Source: Klebsormidium nitens
Taxonomy: Eukaryota; Plantae; Klebsormidiophyceae
NCBI GenBank assembly: GCA_000708835.1
Contig: DF237456.1
Coordinates: forward strand, 1-64,000
Length of the DNA: 64,000 bases
Reading direction: 5' to 3'
Shown: positions 61,501 through 64,000 of the stretch, one piece after another
Numbering within the stretch: the first letter of the stretch is position 1
How the letters are laid out: each line of letters opens with the position of its first letter
Made by a program: the position numbers and the translations under genes
The notes under the pieces: model-generated
Seen by the model: the letters and a program-made list of their open reading frames with translations, nothing else
Databases searched by the model: none
Told to the model about the DNA's origin: nothing

Positions 61501-63052
61501 GATGGACACAGAAATTGCAGATAATTGTTTGGATAGCTAAAGAGACCTGGGCGCAATTTTAGCACGCCGTACGGACGTCAATTCAATCATAAGCTCCCGG
61601 CCAGCAAAAATGATAAGTGACCTTGAACCCTTGAAGTGTGTTGCAAGAGTTTTTGCCAGCTCGAGAGCAGAGCCTACCTTTCATCACAGTCTGCTGAGTA
61701 CCGGCATCTACTGCAGCCTTGGCGCTCGGGCCGGCGCCTTGCAGCAGTGCAGAAGAAAGCTGCTTCTCAACCTGTTGCATGCCGCCAGCAAGTCCGCCTT
61801 GATTCTCCTGCTTCTCAAAGGAGGCACTTTGAGAAGGCAATTGTGTCTCGGTCATAGGAGGGCGCATTTCGCTGTCGGGGTCAGCTTCCACTTGTCGCTG
61901 AAAAGAAACTGGCTCTGCCTGTTCCTCGTCGGCTTGCCCTTGCGATTTCGCATCCTTGCTTAGAGCTGCAGCATCACATTTGCCCCTTCCCAGCCTTTCA
62001 GAGGCGCCCTTTCCCCTATTCGGGGCCTCGCTCAGGGTGGCTTTTCTGGACCTCCCACGCTTCCGTTTCGCTGGCGTCAGGGGCTCAGCTGCCCGAACTC
62101 CTTCGATCACCCCTGCTGATCCTTCCCTCCTGCTGGCTTCCTTCCCTGTCGACTTCTCTGCCGCTGCATCTTCTAGAATCCCCTCCTCTCCTGCCGCGTT
62201 CAAGGGCTTCTCCTCTTGCACATACCCTCCCATATCCTGTATGTTTCCAACAACCACCGTCTCCATCTTGCTCTTCACCCCGCCTACAAAAACGGTCTCA
62301 GATTGTAGAAGCCCCCCCCGACCATCCGGCTCAGCAACCCCTCCTAGTTTGGCGTCCACAGTTTGATTACTCGGCAGTTTCAAGCTCCCAATCTGCAGCT
62401 CCCTTTCAACCTCTCCGTAGTTCCGGGGGGGCTCCTTGTTCTCCAGCCCAACAAGCACCGCTTCTCCCTTCTCAACCCTCTTCCTCTTTGACCCCTTCCC
62501 TGCGCCGAGCGGCCCCGCATTCGCAGGGTTTTCCTGTGTCCCCTGCGACTTGGAGAAAGACTTCTCCTTTGGGACTCGAGTCTTTTTCGGAAGAAAGAGC
62601 GGCGCCAGTTTCGAAGAAGGATCCCCATCTCCTGCTTTGACCACTGCAGCTGCTTTGAGTGCTCTCATTTCATTCACTGTCTCCATTTGGTTGTAAGTTA
62701 GATCCTCCCTGCACGGCGTCCCTTCCTTCGCAGGCGCTCCTTCTCCTTTATCAAACTCAGGTTGCCCATCAACATCTGCCACCACCTGCGATTCCTCCTT
62801 TCGCCTCCGGCGCTGCTCCTTGCTCAGGAAGATTGAAGCAACCGCGAGTGGCGGCCTTACTACAACTGAGTTAGCGGCCGCTCTCCGCTGCTCTGGGCCC
62901 TGGTCATCATGTCTCTTCCATGCGGAGCTTTCCACGAGACTCTTCTTGCCTATCTCTCCAGTGCTTGCTTCTTTTGAGTCAGGTGCTATTTGTTTATGAT
63001 CAGGCCCCGCAAACCCCCCAGATTGTGCATCAATCGCCTTTGCTGCATCCAT
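49556..63052 (-). CDS. ATAD5: ELG1/ATAD5-like large subunit of the alternative RFC (PCNA unloader) with a PHD finger, 14 exons, about 2481 aa
   Basis: Exons (minus): 61678-63052, 60548-61098, 59748-59915, 59118-59330, 58681-58760, 57774-57918, 57233-57484, 56249-56308, 55801-55883, 53798-55368, 53265-53359, 50233-52769, 49969-49995, 49556-49844 (7446 nt, phase-consistent). Motifs: LWCYKYRP..EVCGN, Walker A GPTG|VGKT, ELG1-type Walker B LLLFEEVE...EDKGFLSAI...TKRPMILTCN, lid GDMRKVLLQAQLW, and C-terminal EYSGFLGKML..E...R..RPHL. The start codon and exon 1 are less certain. Confidence 0.85.
51618..51758 (-). other. PHD finger (C4HC3) coding segment within ELG1 exon 12
   Basis: CGVCGSTDGEDAMLLCDGGGCQGALHMYCADPPLAEVPEGDWFCADC, in the same ORF (50229-52730) as the RFC lid motif. 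Confidence 0.92.
58048..58206. mobile_element. MITE with 13-bp perfect TIR and TA target-site duplication (Tc1/mariner/Stowaway-like), in ELG1 intron 5
   Basis: TA|GGTAAAGTAAGCT (58048-58062) and AGCTTACTTTACC|TA (58192-58206) are exact reverse complements. A subterminal copy ggcttactttacc lies at about 58177, and the interior is TAACCC-rich. Confidence 0.82.
59931..60147. mobile_element. MITE-like element with nested inverted termini in ELG1 intron 2
   Basis: gtaactct (59937) pairs with agagttac (60126-60133); gtgtgccctaac pairs with gttaggggcacac; gtgccttaa pairs with ttaaggcac. Direct repeat gaacgagt at 59931 and 60140. The core at about 59994-60070 is an inverted homologue of the 58090-58166 core. 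Confidence 0.68.
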
Positions 63053-63824
63053 CACCACCGGACCTTGTGCGCTCTGATCGAATACCAATCCGTCATCTCA
63101 AAGATGCAAAGTCTGGCCTGATACTACCCACTGCACAGCGGCAGACTCCTTCCTGGAAGATTTCCATGAAACACAAGTTGGACCCTTAATGGCCGTGTAG
63201 CTCACTAGTGCTGCCCCAATTCGAAGGGACTGTCTCAAGAAAACGGAGCTCGGAGAGAGTTGTTGTAACTTGTATTAGGTACTACCTATTAGGTAGGCAA
63301 CTGTCACCGAGCAAAGGACCCGAGCAAAGTGACGTGCTTCAAAAACTCTACCGAATGCAAGTCAAAAGGACGAAGTCAGCCTTAATATGTAAATGAGGCA
63401 TGCATACAGCGAAGCATTGGGGGTGGAAGACTAGCTAGGTACCTACTCATTTGACATCATTGTGAGCAGATTTTTGCGCCTTTTCAAAAGGCTCGAACTT
63501 CAAGTTCAAGGTCAAATTTTAAAGTGATTCCCGCGAAAAAAACTCCAAACCCTACCTAGGTATCTGCCTGTAGCAGGCCTGAGAAACCCTAAACCAGTAA
63601 AAAGGCCACCGGAGAAAATAGTACCTGGCAGGTACGTACCGGTAGATTCACAAGGTACGCCGGCGGCCCCGTATGTACTGTACACTGGAGTCTACTATCG
63701 GTAAGTAGGTACCCAGGTACCTGGCAACGGAAGTGTTCGAACTTCTGTGAACATCCAGAAGCGCCGGGCACATCAATTTAGAACCCCTAACCTGCAAACG
63801 TTCATGCTGGCGCTCAGTACCTCT

Positions 63825-63862
63825 ACCCACCCTAACCACCAGACTAAACCTACCCGTCTCCC
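63825..63862. repeat. Additional copy of the TAACCC-rich MITE core
   Basis: acccaccctaaccaccagactaaacctacccgtctccc versus the reverse complement of 59994-60030 (acccaccctaaccaccaggccaaccccacccgtcccc). Confidence 0.65.
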
Positions 63863-64000
63863 GGGTGCTACCCTGGCAACTCCGTTTTAACATGGTAAAG
63901 CCGTCTGACGACGGCCACGGCTTGCCTCTTCTGACAATTGAAATCGGTGGAATGCGTGTGATCCGTCAAGCTGTCAGGTCCGGTAACTGAGCATATAATT

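Overview
Eukaryotic, intron-rich, GC-rich nuclear DNA. Gene content and style suggest a streptophyte alga such as Klebsormidium; this is inference, not a search result. I built spliced gene models by hand from GT-AG sites and reading-frame phase. In order they are: an unknown coiled-coil protein (+, 2643-5619); CCT3/TCP-1 gamma (-, 14 exons, 555 aa) head-to-head with SPT6 (+, 26 exons, 1619 aa); a frameshifted intronless F-box gene; a single-domain peptidyl-serine alpha-galactosyltransferase (SERGT1/GT96-like, -); a 451-N gap; a 68-aa single-TM protein gene that ends only 47 bp before CFAP20/BUG22 (+); an intronless MAX2/TIR1/COI1-type F-box-LRR gene; and a very large ELG1/ATAD5-like RFC subunit (-, 14 exons, about 2481 aa) with an in-frame PHD finger. 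Two MITE-like elements with a shared TAACCC-rich core lie in ELG1 introns. Three observations stand out. (1) More than 20 diverged intronic 'echo' copies of adjacent exon-intron junctions occur in SPT6, CFAP20 and ELG1, many spaced about 150-175 bp apart; some show synonymous-biased divergence or AG|GT recursive-splice-like architecture. (2) The small-protein gene and CFAP20 form a candidate bicistronic locus. (3) ELG1 is fused to a PHD finger.
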